Both the position numbers and the translations under genes were made by a program. Positions 13,504-24,086 of a DNA stretch of 64,000 nt are shown in pieces. Each line of letters starts with the position of its first letter. Positions within the stretch are counted from its first letter, which is position 1. The notes beneath the pieces were generated by a model. It was not told the origin of the DNA and did no database searches. It saw only the letters and a program-made list of their open reading frames with translations. Source of the DNA: the human T2T-CHM13v2.0 reference genome, Homo sapiens. Location of the stretch: assembly GCF_009914755.1 (NCBI RefSeq), contig NC_060947.1; one strand, written 5' to 3'.

Positions 13504-14029
13504 AGCACTCCTTAGTAAATTAATACTAACGTGTAAGAATGTTTATTGCATCATTATTTATAAAATTTGGCATCTATACAAAATCTAAGAGAGAATAAAA
13601 TAATTACTTGTAGCTTATTCATACTTTTGAAAAGTATGCAGAAATTATAAATGAAATGGCACTACATATATTAAAATGTCTGCATGTAAATAATATTGAG
13701 TAAAACTATAATGTGCAAAATAACTTTTACATTATTACATCATTTATATAAAGCAGAGAAACATGCAAAGCCTCACACAAGCAAAAACAAATTGAAATGG
13801 TAAACAACAAATTCCAGACAGTGGCTAATGTGTGTAAAGAAGGAAGGGAATGAAATTATAAAGGCACAGATATTGAATGAAAGCCATCTTTATTTTTCCT
13901 ATATTAAAAAGTTTGTAGCAAGTGTGGTGAAACGTTGAGATTTGTTAAGGCTATGTGTTGATTCCATATGTGTTCATTTATTTTTCTTCATATTTTAAAT
14001 TATCAACATCTCACATAAATGTTTCTCAT

Positions 14030-14930
14030 ATTAATCCTTAATCAAAATTTCTATAATTATTATAGCTGAGTCAAAACTGATGAATATATTTAAGACTTTT
14101 GATACACATTTTCAAATTGTCATCTTTAAGTTTGCATCAACTTACATTTTCAATAACAGTGCATGGGAGAGATGGTTTTATTTACTCTTAACCATAATGG
14201 TATTACCATTATGTTTAGATTTCATAATTTAATTAATGCAAATGGAACCTCAAAGTTTTTATCAATTTATATTTTTATGTTACTTTGACTTCTGGTAATA
14301 TTTGATGTGTTTGTTTTAACAGATGTCACTTGTATATTTTGTAAGTTGTGAGTATATAGTTTGGTAGTTTAGTAAACTTTATTGAGGTTTGGTTTATGTT
14401 TAAGGAATTGCCTTATTTTCAGTTTATAGTTCTATGAGTTTTGATAAATGTGTTTACACATATGATCATCACAACACTTAAAATATAGACTATATCTACC
14501 ACCCTATAAAATTCCCTCATATCCCTTTGCACTTATTTCCTTCACCCCAGCCCCAGCAATCCTTGATCTTATATCACTATCAATTTGTTTTGCCTCTTCT
14601 TGAACTTTGTATAATCGGATCATACTCTGTGTGCTCTCTAGTTTCTGACTTTTTTCTCTCATTCTAATGCACCAATTTTTAAAATCTTGGTGTTAATTTT
14701 TGCTTTAATTTGTAAATGCTCTTCATAGACTAAAATATTAATCTTTTTCATGTTATATGTGTTACAAAATTTATCCAAATTTGCCCTTGCCCTCTTATAT
14801 TTACTTAAGAATACTTTAAGTGTTTAGATGTTTATAATGTATACCTAATAAATTATGTCAACATTTTCTATTAGAGATTCTGCCTTTTCATAGAATGTGC
14901 TTAGATGCTTTTCAAAACCTGAAATCAGAG
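14030..14930 (-). mobile_element. Old L1ME/L1MB fragments, including a 3' end at ~14375-14670
   Basis: Antisense L1M 3'UTR motifs (actttattgagg...atgagttttgataaatg...aaaattccctcat). Confidence 0.6.
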
Positions 14931-15287
14931 TTTTATCAGTGTGAAAAGGTGTGAGTAGGGAGAATGACTCTGGTGCACTGTGTCTCACCATACGTGAATA
15001 GTGCTTTCTGAAGATCACCTTTTTGAAGAGGTGATCTTGTATAGGGGGTGCTCTTTTCTCACTTTAATGTCAATGGAAGAGTCTTCGACGTCACCAGGGT
15101 ACCCAATATGAATTATCTGTCACTTAGGGAAACACAGGGGACTGATGCTTGATTCATACCTAAGAAATATAAAGGAAGAGAATTTGGCTAAAAGGCTTGT
15201 GGCAGCAGAATAGAGGGCTTCAAATTAGGAGGGAATGATGCACCTACCAACAACAAATCAAACAAATACCTGTTAGTGACAAGATAC

Positions 15288-15424
15288 CAAACATGTATGA
15301 GAAAACCCCATAAACCTAAGGAGCCCTAATGCCGGTGGAATATAAATGTCTTATATGTGACTGGTGCTATATTGCACCGGCATTAGGACTCCTTAGGTTT
15401 ATGGGGTTTTCTCATACATGTTTG
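15288..15424. repeat. Near-perfect inverted repeat: 57-bp arms (55/57 paired), 23-nt spacer
   Basis: 15288-15344 is the reverse complement of 15368-15424 except at pairs 15324/15388 and 15338/15374. Confidence 0.97.
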
Positions 15425-15539
15425 TTATGTGAGGACTTCAACACTAGAATAGTCAGAAACCACAGTTTGTTAGCTATAAGAGAAGCATTAAGGGCTCAAA
15501 GCATAAAAATAGGAAAGAATTAATTAATCATGCTTCGGC

Positions 15540-15750
15540 ATCTGTCAGGACAAGCCAACTTATATTAAACTACCCCCAAATCTCAGTGGCTTACCACAAT
15601 CAAAGTTTATTTTCCACTCACACAAAGTCTAATGCAGTGGGTGCTGGTTTGGATGTTCTCCTGCTCAACTGTCTTTCAGGTGAGGAACTCAGGAACCTGG
15701 GTCCCTGCAGCCCTGTTGTTCTGACATATTGAGGTTCTTTACTTCCAGGC
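15540..15750 (-). mobile_element. Old MLT1 (J/K/L-like) LTR fragment
   Basis: cccccaaatctcagtggcttaccacaatcaaagtttattt..ctcac motif. Confidence 0.65.
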
Positions 15751-15999
15751 TTATCTATAGTTCCATTTATATTCCTATATTAACTGTATCTATATTCATA
15801 TATAAATAAAATCCTACACATTTTCAAGAGTCTGAGTTTTTAAAATTCTAAAAGAAAAGCTAAATCTCAACAATTTTTCTCTCAAGATAATATAAAAAAT
15901 ACAGATTTTTATTTGCAGGCATTTCTTTGCAATGATCAGAGGAAGTGTCCAGTTACTACAACCAGAATTCACTGAGAGTTATATAGAGGTTAATGATTA

Positions 16000-16510
16000 T
16001 AACCAGAAAACAATAAATCAGCCAGCATTTGAGGAAAGTGAACACTATGAAAGAGAAGTAGTGACCTCAATAGAAAACTAAAGAATTAACCTCCAGGAAA
16101 TAAAGTTAATACAGGAAATGGAAGAAAGCTTACAGTAAGTCCATTTTATATCCATAGAAAAATTTTAGTATATTTTATCCATTTAAACAGGGTACTATAA
16201 AATAAAATGTAAAAATTAATAGTAAAAATCAGATACATGAAATTACTGAAATTATAAAATTTCATATATATAATTACAGAAATTATAAAATTATAGACAC
16301 TGAAATTATAAAAACACTTCAATACATGTAGATGAATAACAGAAGAGACTCAGCTAAGGATGTATAAAGTTATCTAAAAGACATAAAAGAGGTATTCTCC
16401 AAGAACGCAGTACAAATGGACAGGGATCATATAAGAGGAGAGCTCTTATTCCAACATGTATCTAATCAGACTTCCATAAAGATAGAATAAAAAGAAATAA
16501 CTTAAATGAT
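16000..16510 (+). mobile_element. Very old L1M/HAL1 ORF1-like fragment (continues ~17190-17340)
   Basis: A-rich ORF1-like decayed sequence (ccaacatgtatctaatcagacttcc; aaaatttcagaattcaaaggataaagagaa). Confidence 0.4.
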
Positions 16511-16559
16511 GACTAGCAATCTGCCATTACTATGGATATGTACAAGTCACATGTTCTAC

Positions 16560-17180
16560 TCATCTCTCATATCCAGTTTATCAATGAATATCTTATTTCC
16601 AACTAGTAATCAGAGTGGACTTTTAAAGTATAAATGAGAGCACTTTATCCTTCTTTAGTCATCCATTGCTTCTCATTGCATGTAGAAAAAATAATAATCT
16701 GCTCCAAGTCTCCCATTATCCTACTCTTCCTTTCCGTACAATATATCCATTACAATGACCACTTGTTATTTCCCAGAAAATCTCAAGATGCATTCTGTCT
16801 CTTGGCCTTTGGTCTTACTGTTCCTTTTGCCTAGACTACTCTCCCCAACTCATACCCAAGCTTTTCACAAATCTTCCTCCTAGGTATTCTTCAGACTAAT
16901 ATTACATACCAACTTCTTAGGGATGTTTACACACATAACAATAAGTATTTAATTTCTGTGGCTATTCTTTATCATAGCTTACTGTGTATCTTCTTTACAA
17001 ATTTATCAGGATATGTAGGTTAAGAAATTTTGCATACTTGTTGTCTAACACAATGAAATATAATTTCCAAGAGAATAGAGGTCTTTTCTATCCAGTTCCC
17101 CATTGCATTTCCATCATTCTTATAGTGCCTAGTCTAGCACAGGATAAGTGCTTACTATATTTGCTAAATGAATATATGTA
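16560..17180 (+). mobile_element. LINE-2 3' end
   Basis: ggcctttg..cttactgttcc...; tagtgcct...gtgcttactatatttgctaaatgaat terminus. Confidence 0.7.
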
Positions 17181-17369
17181 CTATTTCATTTGAAAGGATC
17201 CACTAAGATTTTAAAGCAATTCATTAAAAATAGTGTGCATTTTTACCTACATAGTTATGGTAAAATTTCAGAATTCAAAGGATAAAGAGAACATATTAAA
17301 AAAAATAAGAGAGCAAATTAACAATGAGCTGTCAAAGACTGGACACTTTCACAACTCTAAAATCTAATT

Positions 17370-19435
17370 CAAAACACAGCAAATAGGAATATGCTTAATA
17401 AAGGAAAGGATAACTGAATTTCAGTAAGACAGCACTGTGACATTTTTGATAACCATCTTATAACCCCCATTCTTCAGCATGGTGCCAGTGGCTATGAATA
17501 TGATGGCCTACATTTTTGATGTGGCTAACTTGAGACAAGAGGTTAATAATAAAGAACTTGTTCTTAAAATACTGTGTTCATGTGTTTTGACCTGTCTGGT
17601 GGTTCCCTGAGGAATCACACAGAGACTCACATTTGTTTTGCCCTAATCTCAGGGCTCGAATAAATTTCCAGGTTGCAGAGGTATCTGTCAAAATATTTTA
17701 AAACATTCATTTCCATAACTACCAGAGAAGTGGGTGACAGATGGGGCAAACAGATAACAAATCCAAAATCCTGGAAACGAGAAGGCTGAGAAGGCTCAGA
17801 ATGAAGATACAAGTATTAAGTCACTTAAGAAAACCTTTTAGGTCACTGATGATCACTGACACAATGGAAAACACAGAATTTAGTTAATATACACAAAAGA
17901 TAGTCATCACAAAAAGTTTTAAAAAGTTGCTACAAAATGGATGACTGCAGGCCTCAACAATCAAAAATAGCAAACCCTGAGGAAAGGAGATTTAAGTTCC
18001 AAAATACTCTTCAGGATGCCGAGCTTAAGTAGAAAATTTCAAGACATACAAACAGAAAAATAAATCCCATCCAGAGGTAAAAAAAAAAAAAAATGACTTA
18101 AGCTGTTCTTTGGGGAACCTAGATATTCAATTAACTACACAAAGATTATAAATTAACTTTCTGAAATATGCTGAAAGAGCTTAAGGAAACTGGACAAATA
18201 ACTAAAGAAAAGCAGGAAAATTATGTACGAACAAATAAGAATATCAATAGAAACAGAGACTATAAAAAGGTATCAAAGTAAAATTCTGAAGATGTAAAGT
18301 ATAATAACTCCAATGTAAATATCACTGAAGGATTCAAGAAATTTAAATAGGTAGTAGAAAATATCTGTGAACTTGAAGGTAAAAAATGGAAATTCTCCCC
18401 TCTGATAAGCAGAAAGTAAAAAGAATGAAGAGAAGCGAACATAGCCTAAGGCTTTTGTGGGACACCATCAAAAATACCAACATACACATGGGAGTCTCAG
18501 AAAAAGAAGAGATAAAGAAATGGGAATAAAACAGATTTGAGGACCTAAAAGTCAAAAACAATTTAAATGTTGTTAAAGACTTGCATCTACACATCCAAGA
18601 AGTTCAATTAACTTCAAATAGGATAAATTCAAAGTGATCAACACAAAGGCACATTATAATAAAATTGTCATAAGCCAAGAAGGAGAGAATCTTGAGCACC
18701 AGAAGTGACTCCTTATGTACAAAGAATTGTCAGAAATATTAACAGCACATTTCTCATCAGAAAATATGGAAGCCAGAAGGCAATGGAATGACATATTAAA
18801 AGTGATGTAAGAAAAAAACCTGTCAACTAAGAATTCTGTATCTTGCAAAGTTGTTTGTCAAAAATAAGAGATATTAGAACATTCCCTATAAACAAAAGCT
18901 GAGAAAGTTTGTTACTTGAATACCTGCCTTACAATAATTATTTATTTGAGTTCTTAAGACTGAAAGAAACACTGGACAGTAAATCAAAAGAATACAGAGA
19001 AATGAAGAAATTTGGTAAAAGTAAATACATAAGAAAATATGAAAGCCAGTATTATTATATTTCTGGTTTGTAACTTTTTATTTTATATGTGATTTTAAAA
19101 AGTAATATGTTAAAAGATTATTATAAATATATATTAATAGGAAAACAATGTACAAAGATGTAATTTATGACAACTTAAAAGGGTGGTAGGGCTCTATAAG
19201 ATCAGGGTTTTGTAGGTTATTTAAACTAAGTTAATATCAAATAAATTAGATTGTTATATACTTAGGATGCTAACTGTAACTTCCATAGTAACTATTACAA
19301 AAATATCTAAAACTACATACATAAAAAGAAATTAGAAGAGAATCCAAAAAAATGACTTAAAGACAAATAAGACAGTAATGGAGGAAATGAAGTAAAAAAG
19401 AGTTATGACACACAGAAAACAAATAGCAGACAGGT
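17370..19435 (+). mobile_element. Old L1M4/L1MB 5'UTR, ORF1 and inter-ORF; left part of an element probably completed at 28040-31563
   Basis: ORF1-like motifs (gggacaccatcaaaaataccaacatacac; ttctcatcagaaaatatggaagccagaaggcaatggaatgacata). Confidence 0.8.
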
Positions 19436-19439
19436 GACA

Positions 19440-20845
19440 TAAGCAAGATGACTGAATAGGAACACTTGGACTCTCCCACGTGGACACACCAATTGAAAAG
19501 CAACACACAAATTATTTCCCTTTGTGAGAAATCCAGGAACTAGATGATATGTTCCTGCAGCTTCATCTTCATGGATGAGTATGAAACTGTCCACATTGAA
19601 ACCAGTTGGAAAAATAAATACATCCTCTAGCCATAATTCCCACTACCTGGCACAGTAACATATGTTCAGAATGGAACCCCCAGCTCCCAGCTTCTCTGTG
19701 AGAGTGAAAGAGATAGACCGACTACATGTAGCATACTAACACTTCCAGGCGCTGCCTGAGGATCTGGCTTCTCTCTCATCTGTTTTGGAAAGCTGATAGA
19801 ATCTGACATATGTGTATCTTCTGGGGACTACAGAGAACAAAGAAGTGGTTTGAACTAGTGTGTGGGCACTTGCCACAGCTCTTCTACTTGGCTCAGCATA
19901 GAATTAGAGTGTGAAAACTACCAACTCTCTGCATCTCCCTGAGGAGGGAAAGAGTTGTATTGCATATGTTATGTCTTAACTTTTCCAAGTGCTATATGAG
20001 AGGCTGGCTTCTACCCCACCTATCTCTGAGAGTTTATGAGGCTTGACATATTCAAATACCCTGGGGACTACAAAGACAAAATTATTAGTTTGAGCTGGCA
20101 TATTAAGCACTTGCCACAACTCCTCCCTTAAACTTCACACAGAGCGAGTGGGTAATAAAGTCACCCAAGATTGCAGCTTCAACCAGGGGGAGAAAAGAGA
20201 TTGAACATGCACTCAAATGCCCTAAATTTTCTGAGGACTGCCAAAATAACTGGTTTATTCCTTTTTTTTTCTTTTTTTTAGTGCTAATGTGACCCGTTAT
20301 GCTCTAGTCATCTGAGGGCCAATGAGAACAAAGAGGGCAGTTTGAACTAGAATAAAACTGCTGCAATCACCTTCCCCCAGATCAACATAGAGATAAAAGG
20401 CACAATTTCCCAGTTCTCAGCTTCTTCCTGGAGATGGAAAGATTGGAGCAGAGTGTCTAATGATGCACCTTCTCTGAAGCCTTCCTGAGAAACTGGCTTC
20501 ATTCTTGCTTGTCTTGAAGCACTGAGGGGACCTGCAATACTCTAGATGCTAGGAACAAAGAAAGTGGTGTGGCCTAGCATTAAGGTTTGAGAGACCTCCA
20601 GAATGTCTGAATAGGGTAATTGGTAAGAGTTTTCTCCTGTGAAAGGCCAGTGCTTGAAGACTGAGAGAGGTGACTCTTTTGTCTAATGTGTTAACAGCAA
20701 CACAGAGAATCAAAAAAATGAGGAAACAAGAAAATTTGTTCCAAACGAAGGAAAAAGATAAATTTCAAGCAACCAATCGTAATGAAATGAGGATATATGA
20801 TACACATGACAGAATTGAAAATGGCTGTTATAAAACTGTTCACAA
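19440..20845 (+). mobile_element. L1M2/M3-type (L1MA lineage) 5'UTR with ~240-bp monomers and the start of ORF1
   Basis: Starts agcaagatg; four repeated units; ORF1 start MRKQENLFQTKEKDK (ORF 20670..20879). Confidence 0.75.
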
Positions 20846-21381
20846 ATGGAAAACACTATATTTAAAGAAGTACAGCTAATATGCTGAGAAGAAGAGAAAA
20901 GAGGATCATATTAATTTTTCACTAAAACCATAAAAGACTGAATGAGAAAAATAGGAACTAAGAACAAGGGAAACAAATAGAAAACAGTAACAAATATGGG
21001 GGCTTGACATATTCTAGTCTCCTGGGGGCTAGAAAGAACAAGTGGTTGGTTTAAACTAGCATAGGATACTTGCCACAACTTTTCCCCCAAGCTTAGTACA
21101 GATATTAATACAACTATACTAGTAATCACATTGGATGTCAATGGTCTAAATGCACCAATTCATACACAGAGATTGTCAAAATAGAACAAAAATCAAGAGC
21201 TAAATACGGGTTGTGTGTAAGGAGCCCACTTTAAATATAAAGATACATATAGAGTCAAAGAAAGTGGATGGAGAAAGATATGCTATGCCAACACTAAATA
21301 AAATAAATTGGGAGTAGCTATGTTAATTTCAGAAAGAGCAGACTTTAAGGAAAGTTATCAGGGGAAAACAGGGAGATTACA

Positions 21382-21933
21382 TTTTTTACAACTTTTATTT
21401 TAGGTTCTGGGTTATGCGTGCAGATTTGTTATATACATAAACTGCATGTCTCAGAGGTTTGGTGTACACAGTATATCTGCACCCAGGTAATAAGCATAGT
21501 GCCCAATAGGCAGTTTTTTGATCCTCTCCTTTCTCCCAGTCCTCTACTCTCAAGTTATCCCTGGGGTCTCTTGTATCCCTCTTTGCATCCATGTGTTCTC
21601 AAATTTTAGCTTCCATGTATAAATGAGAACATGCAATATTTGTTTTTCTGTTCCTGTGTGATTTTAATTAGATTAATGGCCTCCAGCTCCATCCATGTTG
21701 CTGCGAAGGGTATAATCTTGTGTTTTTATGACGGCTTAGTTTATACACCACATTTTTAAAATCCAGTCTGCTGTTGATGGGCATTTAGTTTGATTCTATG
21801 TCTTTGCCACGGTGAATAATATTGTGATGGACATATGTGTGCATGTGTCTTTATGGTAGAACTACCATAAAGACATGAGTAGATGCCCAATATGGGTAAA
21901 TACCCAGTAATTGAATTGCTGGGTGAAATGGTA
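21382..21933 (-). mobile_element. L1PA15/16-like 3' end
   Basis: acttttattttaggttc...cacccaggtaataagcatagtgcccaatagg. Confidence 0.85.
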
Positions 21934-22185
21934 AATAAGCCCTAGTATTTGAGAGCACTGAAAGGGGATTCTAGTCAATAATTATTTAATTGTACATTTA
22001 AAAATAACTAAAAGAGTATAATGGAATTGTTTGTAACACAAAGGATAAATACTTGGGGTGGATACCCAATTTTCCATGATGTGATTATTATGCATTGTAT
22101 GGCTGTAACAAATATCTCATGTATCTCATAAATATATACATCTAATATGTACCAACAAAATTTAAAAATAAAATAAATTAATAAA
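21934..22185 (+). mobile_element. L1MA2/3-like 3' end
   Basis: ttgtacatttaaaaataactaaaagagtataa...gtaacacaaaggataaat... followed by an A tail. Confidence 0.85.
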
Positions 22186-22616
22186 ATGAGACATTACATA
22201 ATGGTAAAGAGATCAGTGCTCCAAAGAGATGTAACAATCCTAACATGTGTGAGTCTAAAAACAGAGCATCAAAATACATAAGACAAAATCTAACAGAACT
22301 TCAAGGAAAAATGGATGAATCTACTATTATTTGGAGATTTTAACATCCATCTTTCAGAAATGAACAAGCCAAACCAGCAGAAAATTGGAAAGAGCATAGT
22401 TAAACTCAAAAACTCTATCAATCAACAGAATGAAATGTAAATATCTAAGCTACTTCATCCAACATCAGAATACACATTCTTCTCAACCTCACGTGAAACA
22501 TTCACCAGGATAGATAAGATTCTGGACAATGAAACACATATTTAAACAGTTAAAATATGAGATATTATACAATGTCTCCTCTTAGACCACAATGAAATGC
22601 AATTAGACATCAATGA

Positions 22617-24020
22617 CAAGTGCTCACTGAAGTCAGGTAAAAAATGCATGCACAAATTTAAAGCAGTAAGACATGGCATGAGAACATAAGAGATTTTTTA
22701 AAAACATTTTAAAAGGTATCAAACAGAAATCGTGGAGCCTAATTGAACTGAACTGAAAATTTCACTAGAGATGTTCAAGAGCAGACTAGATTAAGTATAA
22801 GAAAAAATTAGCAAACTCAAAGACAGTTTATTGGAAATAATTAAGTCAGAGAAATGAAAATAAAAAAATGAGTAAAGAAAGCTTAAAGGATTTATGGGAC
22901 GGTATAAAGTGGACTAATATACACAGCATGGAGTCCCAGAAGGAGAAAGGACCAGAAATTTTATTCAAACAAATAATGGTTGATAACTTTCCAAATCTGG
23001 GGAAGAAAACGGACATACAAATCCAGGAAGCCAGAGGACTTGATATAAAAAGAATACAGTGAAATTTATACCCAGATATATAATCAAATTGCCAAAAATT
23101 AAAGACATAAAAAGTTTTGAAAGAAGCAAGAGAAAAGTGACTTATCACATACCTCTATAAGTTTATAAGAAGGATTTTCTGCAGAAATCTTATAGGCCAG
23201 AAGAGAGTGGGATGATATAAAAAGTGAAAAAAAAAAACCTTGCATATCAAGAATACTGTACTTGGGAGAACTATCCCTCAAAAATGAAGGAAGAGAGAAT
23301 TTCCCTGACCAAAAAAAAAGTTAAGTTTGTTCACCACAACTAAACCTGCCTTGCAAGATATACTAAAGTAACTTCCCAATCAAAAGATATAGGATGGCTG
23401 AACAGATTTTTAAAAAATAAGATTTAACTATATACTGTCTATAAGAGATTTACTTTGGATTTAAGAAGACACATAGGCTGAAAATAAAAGAATGAGAAAA
23501 GATATTACATGCAAATAAAAACCAAAAGAGAATGAGGGTGGCTATATTGATATCTGAAAAAATATATTGCAAGTCCAAAACTTTAGCAATAGACAAAGAA
23601 GAACATTACATAATAAAAATGGATAGTTCACCAGAAATAGTTGACAATTATAAATAAATATGCACCAATCATCAGAGAACATAAATATATAAAGCGAACA
23701 TTGATGGGACTGACAAGAGAAATAGCAATACAATGATAGGAGGAGATTTCAATACTCCATTTCAAAAATGGAAAAAAAAATCCAGACAGATGATCCATAT
23801 GGAAGCAGAGGACTTGAATAACACTATAAAACAAGTGGACCTAACAGAAATATAAATAATATAACACAGAACAGTAGCAGAATGCACATTCTTCTCAAGT
23901 TCATATGAATCTTTCCCCAGGATAGATTACACGTTAGGTGACAAAATAAGTTTAACAAACTTAAGAAGAGTAAAATCATAACAAGTATATTTTATATAAA
24001 AAATGAAAAAAAATCATGGC
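22617..24020 (+). mobile_element. Continuation of the L1M2/M3 element (ORF1, deletion near 23370, ORF2 endonuclease)
   Basis: ORF 22868..23062 (SLKDLWDGIKWTNI...NFPNLGKKTDIQIQEA) is L1 ORF1-like. Confidence 0.8.
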
Positions 24021-24086
24021 CATGTGGATTTTTAAATTTTTATTGTTTTATTTTTATGGGTACAGAGTAGTTGTATATATTTTAGG

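Larger units (their letters stand above)
20846..22616 (+). mobile_element. Internal L1MC/MD-like fragment (inter-ORF plus ORF2 endonuclease) with nested insertions
   Basis: aacaaatagaaaacagtaacaaatatgg...tgtcaatggtctaaatgcaccaatt...gagcccactttaaatataaaga. Confidence 0.7.

Noticed and set aside
14945-14960. Splice-donor-like gtgagt in the unique island
   Set aside because: No matching acceptor or exon ORF identified; hexamers are frequent by chance.
16244-16314. Three copies of ac(t/a)gaaattataaaa
   Set aside because: Low-complexity AT-rich slippage in an old L1/HAL1 fragment, with nothing further to support a function.
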